Of a DNA stretch of 64,000 nucleotides, positions 44,168 to 58,386 are shown one piece after another. This DNA is from Chrysomallon squamiferum (Eukaryota > Animalia > Mollusca), in contig CM022668.1 in assembly GCA_012295275.1 (NCBI GenBank), positions 7,564,001 through 7,628,000 on the forward strand, read 5' to 3'. The position numbers and the translations under genes were made by a program. The notes beneath the pieces are model-generated. The model searched no databases, was not told the origin of the DNA, and saw only the letters and a list, made by a program, of their open reading frames with translations. How positions within the stretch are numbered: the first letter of the stretch is position 1; each line of letters starts with the position of its first letter.

Positions 44168-45029
44168 TAAAGTTAATTAACCTCACTCTGTGTATTTACC
44201 CAGTCTAATAAATCCTGTAGAGCAACTTTGAGCTGAAAGATTTTTAAAAAATAAAAATTTAAATAACTTTTAAAATATTTAAAACAATTAGAGTCTGTAT
44301 ATTTTGTGTGTGTGTGTGTAAGCATGTGTGTTATATGAATATTTTGAAAAGACAGTTAATGAAATTATATTTAAAACTAATCACATTGAAAATGTATATA
44401 AATATTACTCAGTGTATTTTCAATATCATCAATAAAAAATAACAGAAAAGAGTGTAAGAGATAGAAACAGACAGACAGACAGACAGACAAAGAGACAGAA
44501 TGGTAGGAAATAAAGAATATCACAAACAAACAAATAATTTGAAAGAAAATTGTATATATTGTAAATATTGAATAAATTGATATTAAGAATAATTAGCATA
44601 GGCTTTGAAAATAAGCATACATGTATCTCCAGTATTAGTATGTTTTAAATGTAATTTTAGCACTATTTATATTTCATTCATAAAAAAATAAACAACCTTC
44701 ATATTCATGTTCATCTTGAAAAATTATCAAATATTTATTTTTCTATTCATTATAGTATCAGCTATTCATATTTTTGTTAACTAAAAAAATATGTTTTCAT
44801 GTTACTTCTATTCATTATAATATCAAGTATTCATATCTCTAATCATTATAGTAATAAACATCCATATTTTTATTCATTAACTGAATTTTTCATATTATTC
44901 ATTACAATGATAAAAATTAATATTTGTATTAATTATAACAAATATTCATATTCATTACAATATCATGTCTGTATTCATTATTATATAGTCATAAATATAT
45001 AAATTTGAATGTCATATTATAAACATATG

Positions 45030-45470
45030 AACTTTTTTTTTAATATTATCAATTTTAATATTATCAATATGTTGATACAAATCAGTGTCAACATCATCAA
45101 TATATACTGATATCAACCTATGAATGAGTATTATAATTATTAATGAACATCAATATTATCAACGTAATTATATTGATATGAAATTTCAAAACATCCTTGT
45201 TATTATCAACATATACTGTTACAAACTTCAAACAACATTAATATTATCAACATTATATTGATATGAACTTCAAATAAAGATTACCATTATCAGCATTGTA
45301 TTAATACAAAACTTCAAATGAACGATAACATTATCAACATTACGTTGATACCAACCTACAAATCAACACTAATATTTTCAACAATTACACTGTCATGAAA
45401 CTTCAAATCAATGTTAGCGTTATCACGATAATTATATTGATACGAAACCACAGATCAATGTTAATATTTG
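45030..45470. repeat. Degenerate AT-rich repeat of about 40 bp (AATATTATCAACAT...TTGATATGAACTTCAAA)
   Basis: Recurrent ttatcaac, ttgata and cttcaaa blocks. Confidence 0.65.
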
Positions 45471-47716
45471 CCTCCATTTTTTTCCCCTCCACACTTAATT
45501 GGTAGAGATCAGGAGATTTCCCAATCTCTCAAATGTTCCTTGGCCTGTTACAAGAGCCAATCAAAGAGTATTTCAAGTAGTAATCTATATTTATCTATCT
45601 TAGATTCCAGTTTTGTTTTCTGCCTTATCTATAATTACGTCTGATGAAGTAATAAAATTATAAGCTGTATTCTTTCTCTTAGAATTACTGGCTTGTTTCA
45701 TATGCTTTAATGTCTCATATTCATGATTGCCAATATTTTATGGTTGCTATGAATAAAATTAATTACTGTGCATGTGTATCTGTTTGCTGTAAAATGCATT
45801 GATGTCATGCTGTTTAATATGATATTATTGTCATTCTGATTATTATGATATCTACAGTAATTTTATTAAAAAGGTATAACATATTAATATAATTTTGTTC
45901 AATATGAAATGCATTGTGGATATTAATTATTATAAAATGTTACGTGTATCAATATAATTTACATTAATATAAAATTTGCTGTCATTCTAGTTGTAATAAA
46001 AATATTTAATTTTATTAAAATGAAAGATGTATTAATATAATTTAATATAAATGTATTTTGAGTAACTGTGTAATGTATTATTCTTATTTGTAAATGTAAA
46101 ATAGTGTTAAATATAATTTTAGTAACTAATATATTATTTTCATTAAAAATAAAATGTACTGAATATGATTGTGTTAAATATATAATGTATCTTGCATATG
46201 GTTTTATCAAAAATGTGATGTATTAAAAGTAACTATGAAATGTAAAGTAAATTAAAGTTATTTCATTGAAAGTACATTGGAATAATGTTATTCTATTTAA
46301 AATATAATGACTTATTAAATGTATAATTTATTGATCTGATTTTATTTAATATAAAATATATTGTGGTTCTAATTATGTTAAATATCTCAATGATTTTATT
46401 AATGTATTTTATTTTATATATTTATTATATATTATTGTAATTATATGTAATTTGTTAATGTGATTCTATTTCAGGTGAAACAGACTAATGTAAAACATAA
46501 AATATATATATTTTTTTAATATTATATCTATTATGATGTTATTAAACGAGTAACATAAATTAATACTTTAGCTATAATATAAAAGTTATATAATTTATAC
46601 ATGATTTTATTTAATGTAAAATGTATTAATGTGTTTTTATTTAACATAAAATGTATTAATGTAATTTTGTTTGATGTAAACATATTAATGTGTTTTCATT
46701 TAACATATAATGTATTAATGACATTTTATTTAATGTAAAATGAATTAATGTGATTTTGTTTGATGTTAATGTATTAATGTTTTTTTTAATTTATCATAAA
46801 ACGTAATTTTATTTAATGTTTCTGTTAAATGTAGAAAAGTAATGTGCTTTCATTTAATGTGAAATATAGTATTATATCAATATTAAACAAATCTGTGTAT
46901 TTCTTTTTAATATAAAAGATTTTGATTTTATTAAAAATGTAATATAGTAATGAGATTTGGTTTAATACCAGCATATTAAAGTGACTATATTCAACAGAAA
47001 ATACAGTATTCTGTTCATAATTAAATTATATTAATGTTAAAGCATGTGATACACATTTTATTAATATGATTCTGTTTTACAATACAACATAGCCAACTCT
47101 GCTAAACAAGGATTCACTACACATTAATTTTTTTTATCTCATATGATCAGATACTGTTACATAATAATGTCTTTCTATTACAAAAGGAATTCAGGAAAAT
47201 CTATTTAGTATCATATTTCATGTATATATTTATCTTTTTTTTAATTTTTTTTTGAGAATAAAATTATAAAATAATGAAGTGTACTGACTGAAGAAAGGAC
47301 AGCAGAGATAAAAAATAAATAAATATATCAATTTATTATTATTTTTGTTACTATAATTACTATTATATTATTATTATTATTATTATTAATATCATTATCA
47401 TTATATTACTATTATTATTATCATCATTATTATTATCAGTATTGTTATTATTATCACCATTATTATCATTAGTATCATTATCAACATTATTATATTATTC
47501 TACTATTATTATTATATTATCAAATATATTGTAAAAAATTAAAAGTCTCAGTCAAACACAGGCACAGACACTGTAACAAAAACACACACACACACACAGA
47601 CACACACACACACACACAGAAACACACAAACACACACAGACACAAACACACACACACACACAGAGACACAAACACACACACAGACTGATGTATTTAAAAA
47701 AAAAAAAATTACCTAC

Positions 47717-47822
47717 CTTCTACAACTTCTCCATTTGGGAAGACTACAACAACTTTGTGAGTTTTACTCGACATGTAAATTCTAGGCCGATCAGGCCTAG
47801 GTTTCAGCTCCATGTCAGACAT
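47717..47822 (-). CDS. Candidate first coding exon of an unidentified gene: MSDMELKPRPDRPRIYMSSKTHKVVVVFPNGEVVE + 1 nt (phase 1)
   Basis: Minus strand reads taa aac ATG, i.e. an in-frame stop two codons upstream and an AAAC-ATG context. Then 35 open codons of non-repetitive, protein-like sequence end at GAAG|GTAGGTAA, followed by a T-run and a (GT)n-like microsatellite. Protein family not recognised. Confidence 0.6.
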
Positions 47823-47854
47823 GTTTTATAAAGTATCCAACTGTTTTAAAAAGG

Positions 47855-48165
47855 GTAACTAGTATCCAGGCGTTACAGAAAGGGTAAACAGTATCCACCT
47901 GTTACATAAAATTACAAAAAGGGCATATGATCCCTTCGTTTTACGAAAACGTTACAAAAAGGGTATGTGAAACCCTTGTTGTTATAAAAAGGGTATTCGG
48001 AACCCTGGTGTTATTAAAAAGGGTATATGTGATCCCTTGCTGTCATAAAAAGGGTTATGCCAACAACCCTGGTGTCATACAAAATTAGCTCCTGGTGTTA
48101 GGGTGAGAGGGCCCCTGATGGTGTGACAAGGGGAGGTGAGTTCCTGGTGTCACAGAAAGGGTTAA
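47855..48165. repeat. About 30-bp degenerate tandem repeat with an internal AGGG...CCCT dyad
   Basis: GGG starts at 47921, 47961, 47991, 48021 and 48052, each followed 8-14 nt later by CCCT. Confidence 0.8.
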
Positions 48166-48939
48166 TCCAGATCATCTGAGAGCTAGGTATATCCAACATG
48201 AAACGTGTGGATGAGGAACAGCCATGAACTGACGCTGGAACTGTGTAACACTTTCATGGAAATGGTTGTCGTGGAATCCACACGAGAATAAAACAGACAA
48301 GAATTTCTTTACAACAACGAATGAATGAATGAAACGTAATTCCTTACTATCAGAAAAATTATTCCGGAAATATAAACTTTAAAAAAAAATAAAAAAAATC
48401 TAGTAACTTAAAATAGCTGTGTGTCTGTGTTTGGGAACAGCAAGTGGTGTAATTCTCTTTAAATCTCGGGAAATTCCTGTTAAAACATGATGCAACAGGT
48501 ACACAGTGTATTGAGGATAGTTTAAATAATCAATATTAGCAAAACATAAAGAGAATTCAGAAATCTTTTTTTACCACTGAAATGAAAAACTCAAATTTCT
48601 TTTCTTCATGGGTTTGACTGATCAAACAACTGTAGAATTTTTATTCTGTTCCAAACATTAACTTCCAAAATATTAATTTTAAAAGCTTTACAACCAAGTT
48701 ATAAAATCAAAGTTTTCATAGCCAAGTATTAATTCTAAAACATTAACATCCACGTGCTAAAATACAAGCCTTAATATCCAGGTGTTAACATCCAGTACAC
48801 TAATATCCACAGGGTATTAAAATCCAGACTGTAAATATTAATACAAGAGTAAATAATTTTTTTTTTTTTTTTTTTTTTGTAAATTCAGTTCCTACTTTGA
48901 CAAAGAATTCCTATTTTCTTATGATTTTCTTTCTACACC

Positions 48940-49055
48940 TATTCCCATGGAATTGTGGGAATTCTCGATTTCCACAATTTCTCGCTGCAAACTCACTGAC
49001 GGATCCCAATTTCCTCTGCCGTCTGATGTGCGAGTAATGAGAAATCTTCTAATCA

Positions 49056-49087
<32 letters not shown>

Positions 49088-49240
49088 CACCACCACCGTA
49101 GTTGTGGCCAGCCTGTTGCTGAAATAATCACCGCACACCAGTCTCTACTGCGTCTCGCCTGTGATTATTATTTACAACTTCTCCCTCACTGCAACTACGC
49201 ACTGTTTCACTACAGAGCCGTGTCAATCATTAGCCGCAGA
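48940..49240. promoter_or_regulatory. GC/CpG-enriched island, candidate promoter or non-coding 5' exon for the minus-strand exon at 47822
   Basis: Higher GC and CpG than the surroundings, with a (CTG)n/(CAC)n tract. Possible minus-strand donor TCA|GTGAGT at 48996. All three minus frames downstream of the apparent acceptor hit stops. Confidence 0.3.
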
Positions 49241-52200
49241 CAGATACACACACACACACACTTATATATAAAATGAAAAAATCACAAAATGAGAAGAAAA
49301 ATCTGGCTTTGGCTCTCTTATTATTCTGTTTCTCTCTCTCAGGCCACAGCTGTGAACTAACAGTCAGCTCCACTCCACTGTACAGGGGAAAAGAAATGCA
49401 AATGAGAAAAAAGAAAAGATATGAATTTCTCTGTTTGGTCTTTTGTGGCTCTTCTTTCAACAGGTTTTTTTTATTCTTTTATTCTTCTTTCAGTTAAAGA
49501 ACAGACTTGTTTATCTTTCCTTTTTTTCACTGAATATCTTTTGTCAAATGATAACAGAAGTTTAAATTAAATGAGGGAATTATCCGCTTCTACTTTGTTT
49601 GAGTTTGTCACTGTTCTGTACCTGTGACACATATGTGAAGGTGGAAATACAGTTACAAATAGCCACTGACGTCTTTAGAATTTTTTTTACATTTACAAAT
49701 ACCCTCTTATGTATGAGTATTTTTTACATTCACAAATATCAGCCTGCTTACTTACATTTGTCTTCACATTTACAAATATCACTTGATTATTTATATAACT
49801 GTTTTACATGGTAAAAAGCTTGTCATATTAACACTTATTCATATAAATATATATATATATATAAAAACCTACCAGGATTAAGCTTTTTAAATAATCCGTT
49901 TTTTTATGTTATCCTTATACACATATACAATCCTGTGGTTTGGGTTCACTAATATTTTACTTTTCTTTTTACAATCCTTATGTTGTCCTTGTCTTTAGTT
50001 AATCCTGTATATCTTGGATATAGGTAATCCTGCATTTATCTTGTCCTTAAAAATAAATAATATTCAGTGCTGTCCTCAGTACCCACAAGTTATGTTGTTT
50101 GACATTAAGTTATCTAGAAGTTATGTTGAAGTATTCACAACTTATGTTGAATTATTCACAAGTTGGTCTGTTGGTTAGAGCAGTCTGCCTCAAACAATTT
50201 ACAGTTTTAATACTTCTTCATTTTCAAACTACTAACAATGGTCTGGGATATGTTTTTGAACAGCAGTTCAGTATAAATATTATTCTATGCAGATTTTTTG
50301 GACAAATAATGCACAAAACATGTCATCTGTTAGTCATTACCAAACTCAAAGTCACATTTCAAAACACTTAAACCAGTTTTCCCCAAACTGTACTGAATTC
50401 TTGTTTCTTTTTTTCTGTTCTTTTCAGCAAATTCAGATTTAAATGATTCTTACAAAACAGCTTTACAAATCTTCATTTTTATCAACAACGACATATAGAA
50501 GATATTCAGGACTTTTTTTTTGTGGTTTTGTTTGTTTCAAAGCTGACGTAGATTTATAAGGCACTTAAAAATAATTGGTTTGTTTCTCTGTTTTAATCCT
50601 TGCTTGTCTATTAATATATACACAATCTCTAGATTATATTGACCAGTTTAAAAAAAGTAATTAAATCAATAAGTAATTACACTGATTGAAGTAAGTGGCA
50701 CCTTTCTTTTTTCCCTTTCAGTAGTAATCCTGTACAAGCTGATCATTATGTTTATATACACACAGATTTTACATAGATGAATAACTCCAGATACAATTAT
50801 TTTCTTTTTCTTCTTACAAATAAGCTTTCTTTTTTTAAACAATAAAATTCTGAATGACTGAATATTATTATTAAATTTTCCTTATTTTCAAAGATTACTG
50901 AACTATTTCTATATAAAAATATATATATATAAAATTTATAACTTTTTAGATTTAATATATTTAGAGTTATGTAATTTTCTTTGATTTTCTTTTATCACTG
51001 AAATAAAATGATGCTTTTTCAATTCCTATGCCTAAACTTTTGTTATTTTAAAATATAAAAAAAATATATAAAAAGTTAATGAGACGATAACATACACATC
51101 ATCAATTTGTACGAATATTTAGAGTTATGTAACCTTCACAGACACTCTTCAGTTAGGGAGATGAAATTCTGTTTTCTTAATAAACACACCTTCTCTTTGA
51201 AGTAATATGCATTAGTATTAAATTACTCCCAGTGAACATTTATTTTCTCTTTCTAATAAGCTACTCAGGTCTTTTCCTAAAACACAGCATACCAAAATTT
51301 ATCACCATTTTTCTGCCATAATTATGTAACAGTTTAGTTTCATGAGACAACATTTTTTTTAAAAACACTGATATATCTTTCCTACTTTCCTGGCACAGAA
51401 GTGCTAGTCAGAATCCATTTAACCGAAGCAGCCGAAGGAAGATAGAATTTCATCATCCATCACTGAAGAAAAAGTGTAACAGGTAGATATGATATCAAGA
51501 AAATCCTTGAAATCGTGGAAGTGACAATACACTGGATAACAACAGGAGACAACCATCCACTTGGAAACAGAGTAAAAGACAACAGTGATTTTAATCCAGT
51601 CACTGAAATAAATAAAAAATCCAAACCCACAACTAGTCCGGTTCTGCTAACAAATCAGATTTTCCACAACCAAACAGAGATTTAGAAAAACAAAAACAAA
51701 CTACTGAAATATCCGTCTGGGTTAAAAACGTGAAACAACGCTTTCCATATGTTTGTGTTAGTGTGCGCACGGAGGTAGATACACGCTGTATTACACACTG
51801 TTATTATTCAACTGAGTCCCGGTTTAAAGCATGAATCTTCCACCACGCGACTAATATCAGAGCCATATTTCACACAACAACGATTTACCCTCTATCGCTA
51901 AAAAGCAATTTGATACAATTCACCAAGTCAGTGGTTCTCTCTCTCCGTCTCTTAGCTTGCAGGCAGTAACTCATAATACCCACTAACAACAACTACTACT
52001 ACTCAGTATCTCTGATCAGAAATAGACTGTAATGGCTAAGTCTTTAGTTTTTAATCCTTTTTTTTCTCTCTCTCTCTCTCTGATATGTGGCTTGATAGAA
52101 ATTAAGGTGACACCATTAGGAATTGCTTAGTTAGAGCACACTGCATCAATTTTCCTCAGAGCTGAATTAACAATGAATACAGATGTTCTGAACACAGTGG

Positions 52201-52320
52201 TCTGGCAACAACTGTCTACACAGGAGCAGTGCTGGGGAGAGGGAACTCATTTTCATCTGAGTATAATTACACACTAGTACTTCACCACCAGGTGTACACC
52301 AGCATGTTCATCAACAAGAA

Positions 52321-53100
<780 letters not shown>

Positions 53101-53379
53101 CAATTTTATGTATGTGTGTGTGTAGCTACTTTTCCATTATATGTATATTGTTTTGTGTGTTTAAACATCACTGACAATGCATATAAAACTACATAAAATA
53201 TCCACAGTGATGTTCAGTTTATATACAATAAATAAACATCCATATATAAGAAATACACATTAAATACTATAGATTTCTGCTATGTGATATAGTTAATATT
53301 ATATCTACCTATTCTGAAAAGTAATACAATACCCCAAGCATATACTTTTATAGTAATATCTATATATTGAATATTGCAG

Positions 53380-53645
53380 ATTATTTACACTGTCATATAC
53401 AGTTAATATGAAATATTTAAAATATTTTAATATATTTACACTGTCGTATATAATTAATTATATTTAGAATATTTAAATATATTTACACTGTCATATACAA
53501 TTAATATGTAATATTTAAAATATTTAGATATATTTACACTGTCATATAAATTAATATGTAATATTTAGAATATTTCAGTATATTTACACTTTCATACATA
53601 ATTAGTAACGTTTAAAATATTTAAATACATTTTCACTGTCATACA
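53380..53645. repeat. About 47-bp AT-rich tandem repeat (ATATTTACACTGTCATATA...)
   Basis: Six related tttacactgtca blocks. Confidence 0.8.
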
Positions 53646-54168
53646 AACTTGGAATATTTCAGTATATTTTATCATATATAAATAGTATATAAAATTTATC
53701 CCAGGAACACATACAACTCAGTATAATAACAACCAATAGTTTCATAATGTCTAAACACACACACATGTATGTAAGCCAGGGTTTTAATGTTTTAAATGAA
53801 TTCATGTAAATAAAATAGAAATCTGTTATGTATTATATTACTTTATAAAAAATTCAATATTTTTTCAGTCAGAAAAATAATAATGTTCATGTACATACAT
53901 ATATTCATGCTAATGGTTTTTTTTACATACATTTATACACAGACAGACACATGTACGTTTTATGCATTTGTGTGTATGTAAGTATGCATCTATGTGTATA
54001 TTTATGTTTGTACATATTTTTTATGCATGTGTATATGTCTTTGTATATGCATGAATGTGTGTGTGTTCATGCAAGTATTTATGTGTTTATAAATATGTAC
54101 ACATTCGTATATGTGTATGTAAGTGTGTCTATGTAGGTCAATACTTAGAATTTTTAATTTATGTTTTT

Positions 54169-54200
<32 letters not shown>

Positions 54201-54814
54201 TCTACACACACACACATATATATATATACACACCTACACACACATATATATGACAAGATGAAACTGTTATATTAAATTATATATCATAAAATTGTAACAG
54301 CCTGACAGAATTGCAAATAAATTAAAAATTAAATAAAAACCAAGATCACTGAAAAAAGAGAATAGAATACTTAAACAGATGCTCAGATCATAAACTAAAC
54401 TTTGCACTGGGTGTTTTGAAACTGGATACTTTAGATTAGCAGGTTTCATGTAATTAGGACTCTAAAACTGTTATCATACATCACCAGTAGTTAAAAGTTT
54501 GGATCTCTTAGTATTTCTGGAACTAAGGTGTGTACATGTTGGTAGGTAAAGTAAATATCAGTGATATACTGGTTAAGTTACTGCTTTGTAAGTGGTAGAT
54601 TCTAGGTTCATGTCTTTAGTTTAGTTTAGTTTAGAGATATTTGGTATGGTAGTCATTCCTCTTTTTTTTAATAGTGTCTGATTGATTTTATGATACACTT
54701 ACACACTAACATTGACTAAAATATACTCAGACATTCTCTTTAATGAACCTCAATGTCCTAACACATAATCTCTAACACATTAAAATTCTCTGTAATATAT
54801 TAACATTTAATATT

Positions 54815-55020
54815 ATCTCTAACACTAACATACTAACACTAACATTGTCTCCAAAGTACTAACACTAACATGCTATCTAAAACACTAACATACTAACACT
54901 AACATGCTCTCTAAAACACTAACATACTAACATTAACATGCTCTCTAAAACACTAACATACTAACTCTCTAACAACTAATACACTGGCGTTTTCTCTAAT
55001 GCACTAACATTCTAACACAG
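54815..55020. repeat. AACACTAACAT-based tandem repeat
   Basis: Directly visible. Confidence 0.8.
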
Positions 55021-55639
55021 AAACTATAATTCTTTTTCCAACATACTAACATTCCTACTCCAAACAATGGTACAAGCCTCCATGCTTATAAAAACTCACA
55101 CAGAAGAAAAAGATATCTTTCTGTCAGGAAATAAACATGCAGCAACAAAAAGTGTCCTCACTGCTTAGCTGTGCAACTAAAAAGCACAACATCTGACAGC
55201 TGACATTAAAAGTACAGGGTTCTCACTAAAATTAATTATTTTATTTATTTCATAGTCAAAAACCCCATTTGTGAATTTTTCACATTTGATATTCAGCGAG
55301 GTCCCCAACGTCTACTTGTGGCTTACGTTGGTGATGATGTATAAAAATTTCAGTTTGAATGTCAGCGCAGTTGGGACTGATAACGTGGTAGAGTTAATAA
55401 ATTACGTTCTACCCACTTGTCACATATATTCATTATAACACAGAGATGAAGTAATTCAGTGCATTAATTTTTAAACTTAGTGCCGGCTATTAATTTAAGT
55501 GTGTCTGGAAAAAGTCAACCTTTAAATGTTCTTGTTAGGTAGGTTTTTTTTTTTTTTTTTTTTTTTGTTGTTTAGTTGTGGGGTTTTTTTTTTTTCTGTT
55601 TTGAGGTTAATAAGAGAAGTCCTTACTTCACTGTTACAT

Positions 55640-55905
55640 CAGACAGTTGAGGTCACATAATCCATACTTTTCAGAGTTTTAATATTTCACATTCCAACCA
55701 GTGCTCTTAGGAAGCAGAAATATAAAAGAAACCTTTAAACAGGTGGGTAAACATAATACATAGACTGGTAGATTTGGGCAGACTGTTGTTTTTGTTTTAT
55801 ATATACTGTCTGATAGGATCTGCAAGTGAAATATATCTTATCTTAATGAGTAGGAGTAACCCTTAATGTTGGGAGAGTGGGTCTACTCTCTCAGAATTAA
55901 AATTT
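55640..55905 (+). mobile_element. Highly decayed SINE copy
   Basis: Shares blocks with 12590-12620 (minus strand) and with 16455-16515. Confidence 0.45.
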
Positions 55906-56199
55906 AATAATATTAATTATTAATACCCTATATATATTCTTTTTGGTTGTAAACAAAATACCTTTTTAGTATTTTCAGAATTGAAAAATATTATAAATAC
56001 ACCTTCATACAGAGACACACACACACACATGCACACTCTCACCTCTGCACTGAGCAATTAGAGAAGGAAACATGGTCTGTAACAGCAGTGTACAAGTATT
56101 AGCTTGTAAAGGTGAGATAATGCAAGAACCAGGTGTTACCTCTATTGTTAAACTATTCAGGTGAAAACACAATGAGAAAGTCTGTCACACACTGATGTA

Positions 56200-56600
56200 T
56201 AATACTCACACTGTAACTCATAATCTGCTCACATAAAATACTCACTTTAAACTCATAATCTGCTCACATAAAATACTCACTTTAAACTCATAATCTACTC
56301 ACTGAAAATATTCACTTTAAACTCATAATCTACTCACTGAAAATACTCACTTTAAACTCATAATCTACTCACTGAAAATACTCACTTTATAACTCATAAA
56401 GTAGTCAGTTTGTAACTCATAATCTACTGAAAGTACTCATTATAAGATCCATAATCTACTCACACAAAATACTCACTTCATACCTCAGTCTACTCATAGA
56501 AAATTCCTTATAACTCATAATTTACTGAAAGTACTCACTTTATAACTGTTAATTTACTGAAAGTACTCACTTTATAACTCATAATCTACTCTAAAGAACT
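56200..56600. repeat. 35-bp minisatellite (AACTCATAATCTACTCACTGAAAATACTCACTTTA)
   Basis: Period 35 (56252 to 56287), decaying to the right. Confidence 0.9.
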
Positions 56601-57109
56601 ACTCTATAACACAGCTGACTGATGTAAAACACTCACAAGGTACTCACACGAAATACTCATTTATTTATGTTAAATAACTAGACCAGTGTGAACTTGTTTA
56701 TTTTTCACAATTAACCTCAACCATCATTTTATAACAACTGAGTTACTTTTTAATAACATAAAGAACATAAACTTTGTTATTTTAAACATTTTTCAGATTT
56801 TACCACCATTTCAATATATTCACCATTATTTTTACATTTATTTTAATATGTAATTACTTATATACAGAAACACTTACATACAGATGTATATATGTATATG
56901 GATTCATAAACACATATATTCATGCATGAATACATACACAAACATACACACTTACATACATTTATATTTGAGTTTATTAGTTTACACAGTAAAGTACCTT
57001 GAACTTACTTAGTATGGAGAAGATGCTATATAGATATGGTATAATAATAATAATAATAATAATAATAATTCAGACACATAATAATAATAGTAATAATAAT
57101 AATAATAAA

Positions 57110-57330
57110 ATCAAACCATTCAGACACATTTAGTCACAAATCAAACCATTCAGACACATTTAGTCACAAATCACAGATGTTTAAAAAAAGATGTTATTCT
57201 GAAACGTCATGGATGCTGAGGTGTCTTTTAAAAAAAGACATTTATTCAGAAATTACACACAACCATGAAGTCCATCATGGCAATTAGACACAATTAGACA
57301 TAATTAGACACAATTAGACATAATCAGACA
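57110..57330. repeat. 30-bp direct duplication (57110-57172) and 10-bp YAATTAGACA array (57281-57330)
   Basis: Directly visible. Confidence 0.85.
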
Positions 57331-57638
57331 GGCAGGCTGGAAGGAGCCAGTGGTGAAAGAAAAAGGAAAACGTGAAACTGCGATCTCGCATTTCACCAGG
57401 ACCGATTCTCTACACAGAAGAATGAAAGACTCAGCCATGGCCTGCCTGCCTCACCGATTCCTCCTGATTCTTTGTCATCAACTCATTTCAGCTGTACATT
57501 TTCTATAACCAGGCAGGCTGTAAAACCTTCATTATTTCAATAAAAAAATAAAAAAAATAAAAAATAAAAAATAAAAAATAGCTATATGTTTCTGATAATG
57601 TAATTAGATTTGGTGACATCAGAAAACTTTGTCTTTTA

Positions 57639-57745
<107 letters not shown>

Positions 57746-58355
57746 CACACATGTATATATTAAAATAGATATAGATGAAATTATATATAGTGAAATGGAT
57801 GCTGATGAAATTAAAATATTTTGTTATTTATTTAAAAAATAACATCTCCACCCAGTATAATAAATTAAAAATAAAATAAAAGTAATAAATAAGTAAATTA
57901 ATAAATTTTAAATTTTAAAACAATGTAGCTAGGCAAAAACAAATCTCTCTCTCTCTCTGTCTGTCTGTCTGTCTCTCTGTCTGTCTCTCTCTCTCTCTGT
58001 CTCTCTCTCTCTCTCTCTCTGTCTGTTTGTCTGTCTGTCTCTCTCTCTCTCTAATTTCACATACATTTTTTTCTGTCTCACACACACACACATTGAGGGT
58101 CTGTCTCTTTCTACTGTCTAGTTTCAGAGCTGGCTTTTGATCAATAATTGTGGTGTAAAAATCTGATGCAAAATTGATTGTGTTGACAGCAGTGCATGCT
58201 GGAGAAACTATTTCCTGCAATTTCAATGAATAACACTCTTCTCTTCAGTGTGATTTCTCATCCAGTGATCTCCGCAATGTTCATTATGAGACAATAAAAC
58301 ATGTAACACAAGTAAGTGGTCTCAAAACCTGGTTTGTGTCGACCTGATGCTTTAG

Positions 58356-58386
<31 letters not shown>

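Noticed and set aside
49070-49125. (CAG)n/(GGT)n tract as poly-Gln/Ser/Gly coding sequence
   Set aside because: All three minus-strand frames hit stops within or just after the tract.
57372-57397. Small hairpin GTGAAA-C-TGCG-ATCT-CGCA-TTTCAC, and similar short stems at about 55303-55329 and 55385-55415
   Set aside because: The stems are too short for a pre-miRNA and are expected by chance.
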